Of a stretch of DNA of 448 nt, positions 1-448 are shown in pieces (positions within the stretch are counted from its first letter, which is position 1; every line of letters begins with the position of its first letter). Origin of the DNA: Escherichia coli (lineage in GTDB: Bacteria > Pseudomonadota > Gammaproteobacteria > Enterobacterales > Enterobacteriaceae); assembly GCF_003334335.1 (NCBI RefSeq), contig NZ_QOWQ01000188.1. One strand, given 5' to 3'. The translations under genes were made by a program, and so were the position numbers. The notes under the pieces were generated by a model. It had not been told where the DNA came from. It did not search any database and worked only from the letters and a program-made list of their open reading frames with translations.

Positions 1-254
1 CGCCAGGCGTTGATCCCGGCGGTTTTGAGTTCTCTGGCTTTTTCCGGGCTGATGGATGGCTGTACATATTCTGCAATTTCACCGGCCTCTCCTCTCAGAC
101 AAGCGGCATAAATATCCCGCCCGTATGCTTCGGTATCGCTGGCTGTTGCAGTGAAAGGAACCGCCTGCTCAATGTGCTCAAACTTCACCATGCAATTCAC
201 AGCAGTGTGATCTTTATCTGCCCATTGCGGATTGCTTATTTTTTCCACATTCAT
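1..254 (-). CDS. 5' portion (first 84 codons, 3' end beyond the left edge) of a small acidic protein; candidate tail-fibre assembly chaperone (Tfa-like) by position, otherwise hypothetical protein
   Basis: Minus-strand ATG at 254-252 lies 6 nt downstream of AGGAG (265-261); an in-frame ATG at 260-258 directly abuts the SD (0-nt spacing) and is a less likely start. The frame is open to position 1. Translation from 254: MNVEKISNPQWADKDHTAVNCMVKFEHIEQAVPFTATASDTEAYGRDIYAACLRGEAGEIAEYVQPSISPEKARELKTAGINAW... Net acidic (about 13 D/E vs 8 K/R) with E. coli-like codons (CTG, GAA, AAA, CCG). The plus-strand frame over the same codons translates to a Cys/His/Phe-rich, low-plausibility peptide with no ATG or RBS. 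Tfa-like label is inferred from position next to a putative fibre tip; the N-terminus is not recognised by sequence. Confidence 0.6.
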   Translation of the reverse strand, partial: MNVEKISNPQWADKDHTAVNCMVKFEHIEQAVPFTATASDTEAYGRDIYAACLRGEAGEIAEYVQPSISPEKARELKTAGINAW

Positions 255-260
255 GTTCAT

Positions 261-265
261 CTCCT
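261..265 (-). promoter_or_regulatory. Shine-Dalgarno (AGGAG) for the downstream minus-strand CDS
   Basis: Plus strand 'ctcct' at 261-265 is AGGAG on the minus strand. Minus-strand context: TGA-CAGAC-AGGAG-ATG-AAC-ATG. It sits 6 nt before the ATG at 254-252 and 5 nt after the upstream stop. Confidence 0.55.
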
Positions 266-270
266 GTCTG

Positions 271-448
271 TCAGTATGCGCGCTGGAACAGCCCGATGCC
301 TTCATTGTCATTTGTCGACGTAATTTCATTACACACCATCCATGAGCCCGGAACTGAGGATAGGTTGCCGTCAATGCCATCGGTGTTAGCTTTCATATAG
401 TTTCCGTTTTCGTCTTTGATTAGGGCGCATCGCTTAAGGCGTGAACCC
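271..448 (-). CDS. 3' end (58 codons plus stop) of a larger gene whose 5' part lies beyond the right edge of the window; probable phage tail-fibre / receptor-binding protein C-terminal tip (function inferred, not recognised by name)
   Basis: Minus-strand frame is stop-free from position 448 down to the TGA at 273-271 (plus strand 'tca'). Translation N->C: GSRLKRCALIKDENGNYMKANTDGIDGNLSSVPGSWMVCNEITSTNDNEGIGLFQRAY*. 26 of 58 residues are N/G/D/S/T, with two Cys. A Shine-Dalgarno and start for the next gene follow 5-10 nt after the stop, i.e. an operon arrangement. Plus-strand frames 1 and 2 over this region contain stops. Functional label rests on composition and gene order only. Confidence 0.6.
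   Translation of the reverse strand, partial: GSRLKRCALIKDENGNYMKANTDGIDGNLSSVPGSWMVCNEITSTNDNEGIGLFQRAY

Noticed and set aside
51-59. Micro-repeats: gatggatgg (51-59), ttcat x2 (250-259, giving ATGAAC-ATGAAT at the start), ttcatt at 301 and 325
   Set aside because: Too short and too few to be CRISPR, REP or IS-terminal repeats; consistent with chance or ordinary coding sequence.
235-246. T-run on the plus strand (tttttt, 239-244) as a possible intrinsic terminator
   Set aside because: No preceding GC-rich stem-loop, and it lies inside the minus-strand coding region, where it simply encodes Lys-Ile (AAA ATA) on the coding strand.
278-319. Short palindromes GCGCGC (278-283) and GTCGAC (314-319)
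   Set aside because: Isolated 6-bp palindromes are expected by chance in 448 bp. There are no flanking inverted repeats, half-site spacing or repetition to suggest an operator or recombination site.
3-320. Plus-strand open frame of about 106 codons with no stop, in the same codon phase as the minus-strand downstream CDS
   Set aside because: Classic antisense shadow ORF. It has no in-frame ATG until 276-278 (which leaves only about 15 codons), no Shine-Dalgarno, and an implausible Cys/His/Phe-rich translation (…FCNFTGLSSQTSGINIPPVCFGIAGCCSERNRLLNVLKLHHAIHSSVIFICPLRIAYFFHIHVHLL…). The minus-strand reading has RBS, start and operon context.
270-340. Possible internal sigma-70 promoter for the downstream gene inside the end of the upstream gene (a lower-GC stretch around 301-335; minus-strand CATACT at 277-272 as a -10 candidate)
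   Set aside because: No acceptable -35 at 16-18 bp spacing (best candidate AGGCAT), and the -10-like hexamer is only 4/6. The 10-nt spacing already implies co-transcription from an upstream promoter.
255-392. Upstream extension of the downstream CDS frame: it stays open on the minus strand up to a TGA at 395-393, with in-frame ATGs at 380-378, 329-327, 311-309 and 305-303, which would overlap the upstream gene
   Set aside because: None of these ATGs is preceded by a recognisable Shine-Dalgarno, whereas the 254 start has an ideal AGGAG at 6 nt. The extension would overlap the upstream gene out of frame by 35-110 nt. Open frame here is most simply chance.

Overview
The window contains parts of two co-directional minus-strand protein-coding genes that meet at a 10-nt junction, both truncated by the window edges. 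The upstream gene (448→271) is the last 58 codons plus TGA stop of a larger gene; its C-terminus is rich in Asn/Gly/Asp/Ser/Thr, which fits a phage tail-fibre or receptor-binding tip, but I do not recognise it by name. The downstream gene (254→1) starts behind a strong AGGAG Shine-Dalgarno and encodes the first 84 residues of a small acidic protein; by position it is a candidate tail-fibre assembly chaperone (Tfa-like), otherwise hypothetical. Both functional calls are inference from architecture and composition, not from recognised homology, and no search could be run. The window is about 50% GC with enterobacterial-looking codon usage. I found no tRNA, rRNA, CRISPR repeats, IS termini, convincing promoter or intrinsic terminator. 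Nothing here supports a novel system; the most likely reading is a prophage host-range module (fibre tip plus chaperone), with a toxin/immunity pair as the main untested alternative.
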